Source: an uncultured Acidobacteriaceae bacterium (lineage in GTDB: Bacteria; Acidobacteriota; Terriglobia; Terriglobales; Acidobacteriaceae). From it: a stretch of 64,000 nt of DNA. Every line of letters starts with the position of its first letter. The stretch's first letter is position 1. Location: contig CAWICF010000002.1 in NCBI GenBank assembly GCA_963834565.1, forward strand, positions 944,410-1,008,409, in the 5' to 3' direction. The translations under genes and the position numbers were made by a program. Below the pieces are notes generated by a model. The model did not search any database, was not told the origin of the DNA, and worked only from the letters and a program-made list of their open reading frames with translations. This document shows, in pieces, positions 18,745 to 31,431 of this stretch.

Positions 18745-19797
18745 GTGGCTCGGAAATCCAACCGTAAATCAGCCGGCAAACTACCTGACATTCGCGCTGT
18801 TGCCGCCATGGCGAAGGTTTCCATCGCCACCGTCTCCCGAACTATCAACGGCTCTCCGCTTGTCAGCGAGCGCCTCAACCGCCGCGTCTGGCAAGCGATC
18901 AAACAACTCAACTATCTGCCCAACACGCACGCACGCACCCTCGTCTCCGGCCGCAGCCGCATCTTCGGCATCATCGTTGAGAACATCAGCAATCCTTTTT
19001 TCCCCGATCTGATTCAGAGCTTCGAATCCATCGCCGTCGCCCACGGCTACGAAATCCTCGTTAGCTCGACCAACAGCGATCCCGCTGTGCTTGCAGCCTG
19101 CGCGCGCCGCATGCTCGAGCGAAAAGTCGATGGTGTGGCCGTGATGACCTTCGGCGAAGAGGAGCCCGTGCTCGACCAGTTGGTGCACCGCGGCGTCCCC
19201 ATCGTGCTCGCCGAGTTCAAAGTCGACGACCCAAAGGCCAGTACCATCCTCCTCGACTATTCAACCGGCATTCACGCCGCCGTCCGTCACCTCGCCGAAC
19301 TTGGCCATCGCAACATCGCGTTCCTCGCCGGTCCGCACAGCCTCCACTCAGCGATCACGCGCGAAAATGACTTCCGTGCCGCGATGGAATCCCTCAATCT
19401 GCCGATCCAGAAGAAGTGCGTCATCGAGTGCGACCACACGCTCAAAGGCGGCGTCGCCGGGTTCGAGCAGTTGCAGAAACTCGTATCAAGCCCCACCGCC
19501 ATCGTCTGTTCCAACGACATCACCGCCATCGGAGTCTTGCGCGCCGCCTACATGGCGGGCCTGCACGTTCCTCAGGATCTCTCCGTCATCGGCCTCGATG
19601 ACATCGACTTCGCTGAGTTCACGCTTCCCCCGCTCACCACCATCCGTCTCTCCCGCGCCGACCTCGCCCGCGCCGCCTTTGAGGCACTCCGCCTGCAGGC
19701 CGAAGATCCGCAAAATCCTCAAATGCAGCGTGAATTCCTCGTCTCTACCTCTCTCGTCGTCCGCGGCTCAACCGCTGCGCCTTCGTCAGCTCAATAA
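18745..19797 (+). CDS. LacI family transcriptional regulator
   Basis: HTH DIRAVAAMAKVSIATVSRTIN, NPFF, VCSNDITAIG, SVIGLDD, PPLTTI. Confidence 0.95.
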   Translation: MARKSNRKSAGKLPDIRAVAAMAKVSIATVSRTINGSPLVSERLNRRVWQAIKQLNYLPNTHARTLVSGRSRIFGIIVENISNPFFPDLIQSFESIAVAHGYEILVSSTNSDPAVLAACARRMLERKVDGVAVMTFGEEEPVLDQLVHRGVPIVLAEFKVDDPKASTILLDYSTGIHAAVRHLAELGHRNIAFLAGPHSLHSAITRENDFRAAMESLNLPIQKKCVIECDHTLKGGVAGFEQLQKLVSSPTAIVCSNDITAIGVLRAAYMAGLHVPQDLSVIGLDDIDFAEFTLPPLTTIRLSRADLARAAFEALRLQAEDPQNPQMQREFLVSTSLVVRGSTAAPSSAQ

Positions 19798-19900
19798 TCT
19801 CTCAATAAGAACCACCGGGAAGGAACAGCACTTTCTCAGTTTGCCCGTCTAAAATCTATCCCGAACCGGTACACGTTTGAATGCGTATTGTGCAAGAAAT

Positions 19901-22237
19901 ATGAATTTTAAGGCACGTGGACTTTGTCTTTTTCTTGTCTTTGCAGCGCTGCAGGCTTCCGTCTCCAGGAGTGAGCGGTCCTCTCAAGCTTCGCTCAAGC
20001 CTCCCCAGCGCACCGATTCGCCGGTGCCTCTCATTGCCCGCTCACTCCACCTCTCCGATTTTCCCAACATGCAGCCGCGCCCTGAGCTTCGCTCCAGACT
20101 GGCGATGGTCTCAGGTTTCATCCAGAACACACCGAACGACGGTCAGCCGGCAACGCAACGAACCGAAGTCTGGATGGCCCATACCAAATCGACGCTTTAC
20201 TTCGTCTTCATCTGCTACGACGATCATCCTGACTTGATCCGGGGCCACCTCGCGCGCCGCGAAAACATCCTCACCGACGACTACGTCACTGTCCTTCTCG
20301 ATCCCTTTCGCGACCGTCGCCTTGGAGTCGGCTTCAGCGTGAATCCCGCCGGCGTACAGGCCGATGCCTCATGGAGCGAAGCCAGCGGAACCGACTATAG
20401 CTACGACACAGTTTGGGATTCCGAAGGGCAGGTCACCAAACAGGGTTGGATGGCGCTCATTGCTATCCCCTTCCGCAGCCTTCGTTTCCATAACGACCGA
20501 TCCGACTGGGGCGTTGTCTTGATGCGCGTTCTCCCGCGAAACTCCGAACAGGACTTTTGGCCCCGCGTCGCCGCCGATGTCACAGGGATCCTCACTCAGG
20601 AAGGATCGCTCCACGATCTTGAAGGCATCAGCGGCTCGCACAATTTGCAGATCAATCCCTATGTCCTCGGGCAAAACGAGCGCAGCCTCGTCGACATCGA
20701 TCCGACTAATCCGTTCATCAGCTCTCGCCATGCTGAAGTTACGGCCGGCGGCGAGATCAAGTGGATTCTCCAGGACAGCATTGTTCTCGACGCAACCATC
20801 AATCCCGACTTCAGCGATATTGAGTCAGAACAGCCGCAGTTCACCGTCGATCAGCGCTACCCCGTTTACTTCCCTGAACTGCGCCCATTCTTTCTCGAAA
20901 ATGCCAACTACTTCCTCACGCCGATCAACCTGGTCTACACGCGCAACATCGTGCATCCCGAATACGGCATCCGCTTGACCGGCAAGATGGACCACACCAA
21001 TGTCGGCCTCTTTGCCACCGACGACCGTCAGCCCGGCGAAGCGGTCGCGCCCGGCGATCCGCTCTACCTCAAGCACGCCACCGTCGCCGTCGGGCGGGTC
21101 TCACAGGACCTCGGCAAAGGTTCGAGCCTCGGCCTCATCTACACCGACGAGGAATTTGGCCAGGGTTGGAACCGCATCGGTGGCGTCGATTCCACCATCC
21201 TCTTCGACAAGCATTGGACAGCCCACGGCCAGATGGTCGAAAGCTCAACCATGGGCGATGAAGACAGCGGAACACCGACGCCCTATTCCGCCGGCCCGGC
21301 CGGCGAGATCCAGGTCCAGCGATCAGGTCACGCTTTCAACCTGAACGACAACTACATTGACGTCAGCACCGGCTTTCAAACCCAGTTGGGCTTCATCCAA
21401 TCCGCCAACGTTCGCAACAACTTTGCCCACGCTACCTATCAATGGTTTCCAACGCACAAGTTTTACCAGAGCTGGGGTTTTGAATCGTCAGAGAATTTCG
21501 CTTTCGATCACCAGGGTGACCGCGTCTTCCGCTATTTCAGCTTCGACCCATTCTTGCTATTGCCGCGCAACATCGTCATCGCACCGATCGTCGGCGAAAA
21601 CTCTGACACGCTGAGTCCGCTCAACTATCCGGCGCTTACGCAATTCCACAACTTCACCGAGAACTTCGTCGGTTTCGTGTTGCGCGGCGCGCCCTTGTCG
21701 CAATTCAACTTCAATCTGCAGACCTTTCGCAGCGGCAACGTAAACTACAACCCCGTCACCGGCCAGGCGCCTTTTCTGCTCAATCAGGAAACCGTCTCGC
21801 TCCTCTTCACTGTGCAGCCGGTCCGGCAGCTCACCATCGACAACACCTATCTTCTCGACCGCGACCACGCTGTTTCAAACGGCGCGCTCGTCTACGAAAG
21901 CCAGACGATGCGCAGCAAGGTGAATTACCAGTTCACGCGCTCCATTTCAGCACGAGTCATCGCCGAGTACGACTCGACCCTCGCAAACCCTCTCGAGACC
22001 TCGCTCCTCCGCACCAGAGAGTTTGCCTCACAGGCGCTTCTCACCTGGTTGCCGTATCCGGGCACAGCAGTTTACATCGGATACAGTGACGACCTGCAAA
22101 ACCTCGACCGCAGCCTTTGCAATCGCCTGCCCAATGGTTCGTGCGACCCGAATAACACGACCCCTCCCCGCGCCGGCCCGCTCTTCAACGACGGTCGCCA
22201 GGTATTCATCAAGGCCTCCTATCTACTCCGTTTTTGA
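19901..22237 (+). CDS. CBM9-like sugar-binding domain + DUF5916 beta-barrel-like protein
   Basis: Signal peptide; FIQNTPNDGQPATQRTEVW, LDPFRDRR, VNPAGVQAD, WMALIAIPFRSLRF, DATINPDFSDIE, FPELRPFFLE; C-terminal KASYLLRF. Confidence 0.8.
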   Translation: MNFKARGLCLFLVFAALQASVSRSERSSQASLKPPQRTDSPVPLIARSLHLSDFPNMQPRPELRSRLAMVSGFIQNTPNDGQPATQRTEVWMAHTKSTLYFVFICYDDHPDLIRGHLARRENILTDDYVTVLLDPFRDRRLGVGFSVNPAGVQADASWSEASGTDYSYDTVWDSEGQVTKQGWMALIAIPFRSLRFHNDRSDWGVVLMRVLPRNSEQDFWPRVAADVTGILTQEGSLHDLEGISGSHNLQINPYVLGQNERSLVDIDPTNPFISSRHAEVTAGGEIKWILQDSIVLDATINPDFSDIESEQPQFTVDQRYPVYFPELRPFFLENANYFLTPINLVYTRNIVHPEYGIRLTGKMDHTNVGLFATDDRQPGEAVAPGDPLYLKHATVAVGRVSQDLGKGSSLGLIYTDEEFGQGWNRIGGVDSTILFDKHWTAHGQMVESSTMGDEDSGTPTPYSAGPAGEIQVQRSGHAFNLNDNYIDVSTGFQTQLGFIQSANVRNNFAHATYQWFPTHKFYQSWGFESSENFAFDHQGDRVFRYFSFDPFLLLPRNIVIAPIVGENSDTLSPLNYPALTQFHNFTENFVGFVLRGAPLSQFNFNLQTFRSGNVNYNPVTGQAPFLLNQETVSLLFTVQPVRQLTIDNTYLLDRDHAVSNGALVYESQTMRSKVNYQFTRSISARVIAEYDSTLANPLETSLLRTREFASQALLTWLPYPGTAVYIGYSDDLQNLDRSLCNRLPNGSCDPNNTTPPRAGPLFNDGRQVFIKASYLLRF

Positions 22238-22455
22238 TTTCACCGAAATTGCTCTTGAATCAACCCCAGCACCTGAATACACCCCGCCCGCATGGTCCCA
22301 GACCGCTTCACAATAGCAAATCGCCGCTTTCCCTTTTACATCCCAAACATCTAACGATTGCAATTGGATGACATGTCGGTTGCAGCGCGCATACGCTTTG
22401 CACGATATGCTGTCCAAAGAGCCATTCGCTGCAGGGCCCCGCTCGAGCATTGATT

Positions 22456-23526
22456 ATGACGACTGCCTATCTCAACCGGATCGCCACTGCAGTGCCGCCG
22501 AACGACATGCATCGGCCCTTTTCTGCCTTCGCTGAGACATTGCTGCCGGAAGGCACGCAGCGAAACCTCTTCCGCCGCATGTCGCGCATGGCCGCCATCG
22601 ACCATCGCTTCACCTTTGTCCATCCCGTCCCAACCGAGGACGGCATGTGGAAAGATGCCGACGGCTTTTATGTTCCCGGCAGTTTCCCTCCCACCGCACG
22701 TCGCATGCAAGCCTTCGAACTGTTTGCACCCCAGCTTGCCCGCTGCGCACTCAACAAACTCGCGCTCTCTCAGGAAGAGCGCCGCGGCATCACCCACGTG
22801 ATCGTCACCTGCTGCACCGGGCTCTACGCACCGGGTCTCGACTACGAGATGGTCGAGCATCTCAACCTCAATCCCTCCGTCGAGCGCACGTTCATCGGCT
22901 TCATGGGATGCTACGCCGCCATCAACGCCCTCAAGACCGCTCGCCATATCATTCGCTCCGAGCCCGACTCAAGAATCCTTCTTCTCAGCCTCGAACTCTG
23001 CTCGCTCCACATGCAGGAGCTGCACAACCTTGAGCAGCTTCTCGCCTTCCTCGTCTTTGCCGATGGATGCGCCGCCTATCTCGTCACTGCGAATCCTACC
23101 GGTTTCGCGCTCGACAGCTTCCTCGCAGTCAATCTCGCCGGAACCAACACCCTCATCACCTGGCGAATCGGCGCGCAGGGCTTCGACATGCAGCTTTCCG
23201 GCCAGATCCCTGGCGAACTTCGCAGCGGTCTCCAGGCTGCCGGCCCTCAAATCACGTGCGGCACCGCTCCTGCCTCCATCGATCTCTGGGCTGTTCATCC
23301 TGGCGGCCGAACCATACTTGACGCAGCCGAACAAGGACTCGCGCTGCCCGCTGAAGCGCTCTGCGATTCTCGAACCATCCTGCGCCAGTTCGGCAACATG
23401 TCCTCTGCCTCGGTTATGTTCGTCCTCGAGCGGCTCATGCAGCGCGCACGTCCCGGTCAGCGCGGTTGCGCCATGTCCTTCGGTCCGGGCGTCACGGCGG
23501 AGACCATGCTCTTCCATGCCGTCTGA
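22456..23526 (+). CDS. Type III polyketide synthase (chalcone/stilbene synthase-like)
   Basis: Cys-His-Asn triad: FMGCYAAIN, WAVHPGG, FGNMSSAS. Also LELCSLH, FADG, FGPG. Confidence 0.95.
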   Translation: MTTAYLNRIATAVPPNDMHRPFSAFAETLLPEGTQRNLFRRMSRMAAIDHRFTFVHPVPTEDGMWKDADGFYVPGSFPPTARRMQAFELFAPQLARCALNKLALSQEERRGITHVIVTCCTGLYAPGLDYEMVEHLNLNPSVERTFIGFMGCYAAINALKTARHIIRSEPDSRILLLSLELCSLHMQELHNLEQLLAFLVFADGCAAYLVTANPTGFALDSFLAVNLAGTNTLITWRIGAQGFDMQLSGQIPGELRSGLQAAGPQITCGTAPASIDLWAVHPGGRTILDAAEQGLALPAEALCDSRTILRQFGNMSSASVMFVLERLMQRARPGQRGCAMSFGPGVTAETMLFHAV

Positions 23527-24253
23527 CGCCATGCCATTCCCAACCACGCTCGACTTCACCCGCCGCGCGCAACTCTCCGAACTAATGGATGAGCCCTGCT
23601 CGCGCGACGAACTCCGCGCCTGTCTCCGCGACGTCACCCGCCTCAATCGCTGGTTCCTTACTTATCGCCCGCTTTTCCAATTTCTCGACTCCTTTGTCCC
23701 TTCGCCCCTCCCGCAGCCGCTCCACATCCTCGACGTCGGCTGCGGCAATGGCGATGCTCTGCGCCGCATCAGGCGCTGGGCCGCAAAGCGCAACCTCGCT
23801 GTCGAACTCACCGGCCTCGACATCAATCCCGACGCCGTCGCCGTTGCAGCCGAATTGGCGCCGCCCGCGTATCGCATCCGCTGGATCACCTCCGACATCT
23901 TCGCATTCGCGCCTGATCGTCCCATTCATCTCGTGATCAGTACGATTTTCACGCACCATCTTGACGATCCCAGCCTCATCCGCTTTCTCCGGTGGATGGA
24001 GCAGTACGCCGAGCTCGGTTGGTTCATCAACGATCTCTCCCGCGCTCGCATTCCATACCATCTGCTCCGCATCTTTGCGAAAGTGGCTCGCCTCCATCCT
24101 TTCGTGCAGCACGACGGTCCCGTCTCCATCGCCCGCTCCTTCATTCCTGAAGATTGGCGACAACTTTGTGCCGTCGCCGGCCTCGGCGAGGGCGCCGTCG
24201 CCGTCCAGCCCTTCAAACCAGCGCGCCTTTGCGTCGCTCGAAGAAAAGCGTGA
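23516..24253 (+). CDS. Class I SAM-dependent methyltransferase (PKS-associated)
   Basis: SELMDEP, ILDVGCGNGD motif I, FTHHLD, INDLSR, HDGPVSIARSF. Start at 23516 or 23531. Confidence 0.88.
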   Translation: MPSDAMPFPTTLDFTRRAQLSELMDEPCSRDELRACLRDVTRLNRWFLTYRPLFQFLDSFVPSPLPQPLHILDVGCGNGDALRRIRRWAAKRNLAVELTGLDINPDAVAVAAELAPPAYRIRWITSDIFAFAPDRPIHLVISTIFTHHLDDPSLIRFLRWMEQYAELGWFINDLSRARIPYHLLRIFAKVARLHPFVQHDGPVSIARSFIPEDWRQLCAVAGLGEGAVAVQPFKPARLCVARRKA

Positions 24254-25431
24254 CGCGCGCGAGCACCACGCCGGATCACCTCGTCATCGGCGGTGGACCC
24301 GCCGGATCGATGCTCGCCCTGCGTCTGGCCAAAGCAGGCAGTCGTGTCACGCTAGTCGAAAGAGAACCCACCGCCCATCACAAGGTCTGCGGCGAATTCA
24401 TCAGTCGCGAAGCAATTCACTATCTCCACCAGATCGGCATCGATTCGCTTGCCCTCGGTGCTGAAATCATCCGCACCATCCGCCTGTCCTCAGGCAAGAG
24501 AGTCGTATCCGTCTCACTTCCCTTTCAGGCGCTCTCCCTCTCCCGCCGCACACTCGACGAAGCCCTGCTCACGCGGGCCGCGGAAAAATGCACGGTCCTT
24601 CGCGGGCACACTGTCGAAACTCTCGATGTCCATGCTGGCACCTGGACCGCTCGCCTCAGTAGCGGCAAATCGCTTGATGCGTCCAACGTTTTTCTCGCCA
24701 CCGGCAAGCACGATCTCCGCGGATTCGCGCGCCCTGCAGGCAGGCAAGGCGACCTCATCGGTTTCAAGATGCACTGGCGACTCGCACCCGCGCAGATCGA
24801 CGCGTTGCGCAAAGCCATGGACCTCTATCTCTTCCCCGGCGGCTACGGTGGTCTCTCTCTCATCGAAGACAACGTCGCCAATCTCTGCCTCGTCGTTCGC
24901 CGCAGCGTCTTGCATGCTCATGGCGCTTGGCCAATGCTTCTCACCGCAATCCTGGCCGAAAACGAACACATGCGCCGGCTTTTGAGCGACGCGCAGCCGC
25001 TCTGGCCTCGCCCACTCGCCATATCGCCCATTCCGTACGGCTATCTCGCCACTAAATCGCGCGGTCCCTGGTGCGTTGGCGATCAGGCCGCGGTCATCCC
25101 GTCTTTCACCGGCGACGGCATCTCCATCGCTCTACACAGTGCCGCGCTCGCCGCAGAGATGTTCCTCGCCAGTCGCAGCCCGGCCGAATACCACCGCATT
25201 CTGAGCGCCCAATTGCACCGCTCCATGAACCTCGCGACGGCCCTCTCACGCGCCGCCGTCACAGCTCCAGGCCGCGTCGCTGCGCTCCTGGCTGCTTCTG
25301 CTTTCCCGCGCGTGTTAACAACCATTGCCAATTCAACCCGCATCCCAGCACATGCCTTGCTCGGGCGGCACGAAGCCCATGAATCGCACCGCTCGCCGCC
25401 GGGAGCTTTCTCCGCAACACCGCAGTTTTGA
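24250..25431 (+). CDS. FAD-dependent oxidoreductase/monooxygenase (geranylgeranyl reductase-like)
   Basis: VIGGGPAGS dinucleotide motif, HKVCGEFIS, ATGK, GGYGG, VGDQAAVIPSFTGDGISIAL. GTGA overlap with the upstream stop. Confidence 0.88.
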   Translation: MTRASTTPDHLVIGGGPAGSMLALRLAKAGSRVTLVEREPTAHHKVCGEFISREAIHYLHQIGIDSLALGAEIIRTIRLSSGKRVVSVSLPFQALSLSRRTLDEALLTRAAEKCTVLRGHTVETLDVHAGTWTARLSSGKSLDASNVFLATGKHDLRGFARPAGRQGDLIGFKMHWRLAPAQIDALRKAMDLYLFPGGYGGLSLIEDNVANLCLVVRRSVLHAHGAWPMLLTAILAENEHMRRLLSDAQPLWPRPLAISPIPYGYLATKSRGPWCVGDQAAVIPSFTGDGISIALHSAALAAEMFLASRSPAEYHRILSAQLHRSMNLATALSRAAVTAPGRVAALLAASAFPRVLTTIANSTRIPAHALLGRHEAHESHRSPPGAFSATPQF

Positions 25432-25441
25432 TAACCTTCGA

Positions 25442-26200
25442 TTATTGTGTGATCGAGTATTGAGTGACAGGGGCGTTTGCCTCGCGCCACTCCTCGATCT
25501 CCGCGTGTGTCCGTTCCGCCGCCACTCGCCGGTCGGTGTAAATTCTCGGCTCCCCAAATCGAAGCTGTGCGGTAAATCCTTGCACGCCCATCACTTTCCA
25601 TGTGTGCGGCAGGAACTCCGCGCCGCCATACCAGCACAGCTCGCGTTCCTCCGTGCCGCCCGCCGCCGCATACCGGATTGCGACGGCGGTAATCGGCGCT
25701 CCCGCCTTCGTCGCCGGGTCGATCAGCCCCGAATGGAAGCGAAGCACGTGCGATCCGTCTGTACTGGTGCCTTCAGGAAAAAGCAGCACCGGAACCGGCA
25801 GATTCAACCGCTCTGCGATCTCATCGGTGATACGCATGGCGCTGCGCTTGCTCTTGCGATCCAGAAAAAGCGTCCCGCCCGTTCGCGCGGCCCATCCAAA
25901 ATACGGCCAGTTCTCAACCTCTTTTTTCGACACAAAAAAGCACGGCATCGCCGCGCTGAGAATGAGAATGTCGAGATAACTCAGGTGATTCGAAACCACC
26001 AGGCCGCTCGTCGGTGGTGTGCCCTCTACCTTTACTTCAACGCCGAGGCACCGCAGGACTCGTTGCGATGCATCCAACAGCCAAGCTGCCCGCCGCACGA
26101 GCGTCATGCGCCCGCACAACCGCATCCACCAGAAATGCCAAACGATCCATGCGAGGACAATCACCAGCGCCACAGCACGCCAGACGCGCCGCAGAGTCAC
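25442..26200 (-). CDS. Lysophospholipid / lyso-ornithine lipid acyltransferase (OlsA/PlsC-like)
   Basis: SNHLSYLD (HX4D), FPEGTST. GTG start overlaps the stop of the upstream GNAT gene (GTGA). Confidence 0.88.
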   Translation of the reverse strand: MTLRRVWRAVALVIVLAWIVWHFWWMRLCGRMTLVRRAAWLLDASQRVLRCLGVEVKVEGTPPTSGLVVSNHLSYLDILILSAAMPCFFVSKKEVENWPYFGWAARTGGTLFLDRKSKRSAMRITDEIAERLNLPVPVLLFPEGTSTDGSHVLRFHSGLIDPATKAGAPITAVAIRYAAAGGTEERELCWYGGAEFLPHTWKVMGVQGFTAQLRFGEPRIYTDRRVAAERTHAEIEEWREANAPVTQYSITQ

Positions 26201-27174
26201 TGCGTGAGTGGCGCCAGGAATCGGTTGCGCGCGGCAGCCGAAAGCATCTTCAAATCGAGGAGCGTTAGAAAATCGATCGTGCGAAACTCGCGGTCCCACG
26301 CCGGCGGCGCCGCGATCCGCGCGCCAATCGCCAGATATGTCTTCAGCAGCTTCGGCACCTTTGCCGTGCCGGACGTCGCAGAACCATCCGGCGTCAATCG
26401 ATCTTCCTCGCGAGAGGCCGGCTGTGCGTACATCTCCTGCGCCTCGACGGGGCACGCATACGCTGGTGTCGGCATCGTTTCGAACTCCGGAGAACACCTG
26501 AAATTCTCCAACAGGCGATACATTTGCCAACCCTCCGCCGGATGATTCGAGTTCAACGAAGAGCAGCCAAGCAGATAGCGCAGCCCCATCTCGCTAGCAT
26601 ACTGCGCAATCCCGCGCCATAGCAGCATCAGAACCTCAGGCGTGCGATGGTCCCGGTCGATCGATGCGCGCCCAAGTTCAAGAATCCCTGGCCGTAGCGG
26701 TTCGTAAGGCGCCAGGTTGAACTCCTGTTCCGAGTAGTATCCGAGGTGCCGTCCCGCCGTGTCGCCCGACTGCATGCGATAAGTTCCCACCACGCGCCGT
26801 GTCGTCTTGTCTTCCACCAGCAGGTGTTCGCACACTGTATCGAAGCGGTCGATATCGAGTCCTGTCTCAAACGAGCTCTCCAATCCCTCGCCCAATTCAA
26901 TATTGAAGACTCTGAAGCGCAATCGGCACGCAGCCTCGCGATCGTGCGCCGTCTCTGCCAGGCGCAGGCGATAACGCCCCACGTCGGCATGAATGCGCCG
27001 CGCCGGGGTCGGTAACAATTTTGGCGTATCTTGTGCTGCGGGTCCGATTGCGGCGAACGACGGATACCCGAACGCAACCTTGAATGAGAGTTTTTCCCGG
27101 CTCGACTCTGTCACGCCTGCAGTATCGGGGCACTCCTGTGAAAGGACGGTCAAACCGCCGCAAAAACGGTGCAA
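26197..27174 (-). CDS. olsB: GNAT N-acyltransferase, ornithine lipid synthase OlsB-like
   Basis: RLRFRVFNIELGEG, DRFD..CEHLLV, VVGTYRM, ELGRASI, LLWRGIA, YLLGCSS, PKLLKTYL.IGA. The start is uncertain (possibly ~27114). Confidence 0.75.
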   Translation of the reverse strand: MHRFCGGLTVLSQECPDTAGVTESSREKLSFKVAFGYPSFAAIGPAAQDTPKLLPTPARRIHADVGRYRLRLAETAHDREAACRLRFRVFNIELGEGLESSFETGLDIDRFDTVCEHLLVEDKTTRRVVGTYRMQSGDTAGRHLGYYSEQEFNLAPYEPLRPGILELGRASIDRDHRTPEVLMLLWRGIAQYASEMGLRYLLGCSSLNSNHPAEGWQMYRLLENFRCSPEFETMPTPAYACPVEAQEMYAQPASREEDRLTPDGSATSGTAKVPKLLKTYLAIGARIAAPPAWDREFRTIDFLTLLDLKMLSAAARNRFLAPLTQ

Positions 27175-27327
27175 ATCTTATGTGAACGTTCATCAACCGG
27201 CAACAAATCGTCGCGTTCACACAGAAATCTCTTCGCATTTACGTGAAAAACGCCGGCAGGAACTCTGCCGGCGTCCTCACTCTTAAATATCCACAATCCC
27301 AAAGGATTGGTCCCGCTCTAAATAGAC

Positions 27328-28383
27328 CTACCGTGCGCGGCCGCCAAATCCCGTACCACCGCGTGCGGCCATCATCGGCCCGCGCGACGTATACCCGCCT
27401 CCAGCGAAGCCACGTCCGGCATAACCTGGTCCGGCATACCCATAGCCGTGGCCGGCATACCCGTTCCCATAAGCGCGCACACCAACCCCCGGCGCAACCG
27501 CCCGCGGCGCATATCCATACCCGTACCCTCGAATCGGCGCGCCCGGATACACACGCGCACCGTAGTACGGAACTGCGGCCGGCCGCGGCCCGATCACAAT
27601 TCCGCCGTACGCATATACTGGCGGCAAAGCATAAGGTGGGGGAGGAACTGGCGCCGCATACGGAATCACCGGCGCTGGAGCATACGACATCGCCGGAGGC
27701 GGTGGTGGCTGATCATAGGGCGCAGGCTGCGGGGGCGCGTAGGAATCCTGCGGCGCAGCATCGGGCGCCTGCGTCGGCGCGGGAGGCGCTGGCGTATAAG
27801 CATCTGGCGTTCGCTGGTAGAGTCCATAGGGATCGCGCTGCGGCTCCTGGCCCGCCGGCACTTCGATATCCTCCATCACCCGCAGCGTCAGCGGCGTCTC
27901 CGCCTTCAACGTCGGCCTTGGTCCCCGCCGCGGAAGGTTAATCAGGTCAATCGGCCACAACACCGGAATCATCCACAGCACCGTGTCGCGCACTGCGTGG
28001 CCTTTGCCCAGGATGCGTCCCGACGCGTCGATCTTGTATCCAGGCACGTCCACTACCTTCGCGTTGATCGGAACTACATTGTCGCCAACGTAGAGCTTGT
28101 CGAACGAAAGCTCCATCCAGCCCTTGCCGACAAAGTGGCCGGGATCCCTATATTCGGCAAACTCGCCGCCAAGGTAGGCTCCGTAGGGCAGCATGAAATC
28201 GCCGCGCCGATGCTCCACCTTGCACAGCACCGGATCGCCGATGGCAGTGGTCTTCGAAGAGATTCTGCCGTCACCTGTCGTACACGAAACCAGCGCGCCG
28301 GCTGGAATCAGGTGTGTGCCCATGTCAGCAAACAGCGGGGGAGTGAGAAGCAGAGTGAGGACAGCGAAGGGGATGCGTTTCAT
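27328..28383 (-). CDS. Secreted hypothetical protein: beta-sandwich-like N-terminal domain plus Pro/Tyr/Gly-rich low-complexity tail
   Basis: GGAG RBS; signal peptide MKRIPFAVL...LFA-D; IPAGALV...ISSK...GD pattern; PAPYDQPPP and GYGYGY / RGG tail. Confidence 0.7.
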   Translation of the reverse strand: MKRIPFAVLTLLLTPPLFADMGTHLIPAGALVSCTTGDGRISSKTTAIGDPVLCKVEHRRGDFMLPYGAYLGGEFAEYRDPGHFVGKGWMELSFDKLYVGDNVVPINAKVVDVPGYKIDASGRILGKGHAVRDTVLWMIPVLWPIDLINLPRRGPRPTLKAETPLTLRVMEDIEVPAGQEPQRDPYGLYQRTPDAYTPAPPAPTQAPDAAPQDSYAPPQPAPYDQPPPPPAMSYAPAPVIPYAAPVPPPPYALPPVYAYGGIVIGPRPAAVPYYGARVYPGAPIRGYGYGYAPRAVAPGVGVRAYGNGYAGHGYGYAGPGYAGRGFAGGGYTSRGPMMAARGGTGFGGRAR

Positions 28384-28569
28384 AGACATTCTCCAAGGCG
28401 AAACCTGGTTGCGTTCGATACGTCCCGTGGAAGTCAACTTGCGGAAACGGAATTTGAGAGGAGGGCTCCGAGATGACAGAGGAAACCCTGCGCGATGCGA
28501 AAAGTTTCGCCGCGATGCGAATTATTTTTTCTGGGTGGGTGACGACACACTGAATCGCGCGTCGCGAGC

Positions 28570-28639
28570 GATCAGAATCCCAATTCTGATCAACGAATCA
28601 ATTAAGAGCTGGATCAAACGATCACAGATTGATTCGATC
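28570..28639. promoter_or_regulatory. AT-rich segment with perfect 9-bp inverted repeat and five GATC sites
   Basis: GATCAGAAT-ccca-ATTCTGATC at 28570-28591; GATC at 28570, 28588, 28612, 28620 and 28636. Confidence 0.4.
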
Positions 28640-28695
28640 ACCTAATGAATTAAGAAAATCCAACATTTATGAAATCGAGATGCATCCGCGCAGCA

Positions 28696-31427
<2,732 letters not shown>

Positions 31428-31431
<4 letters not shown>

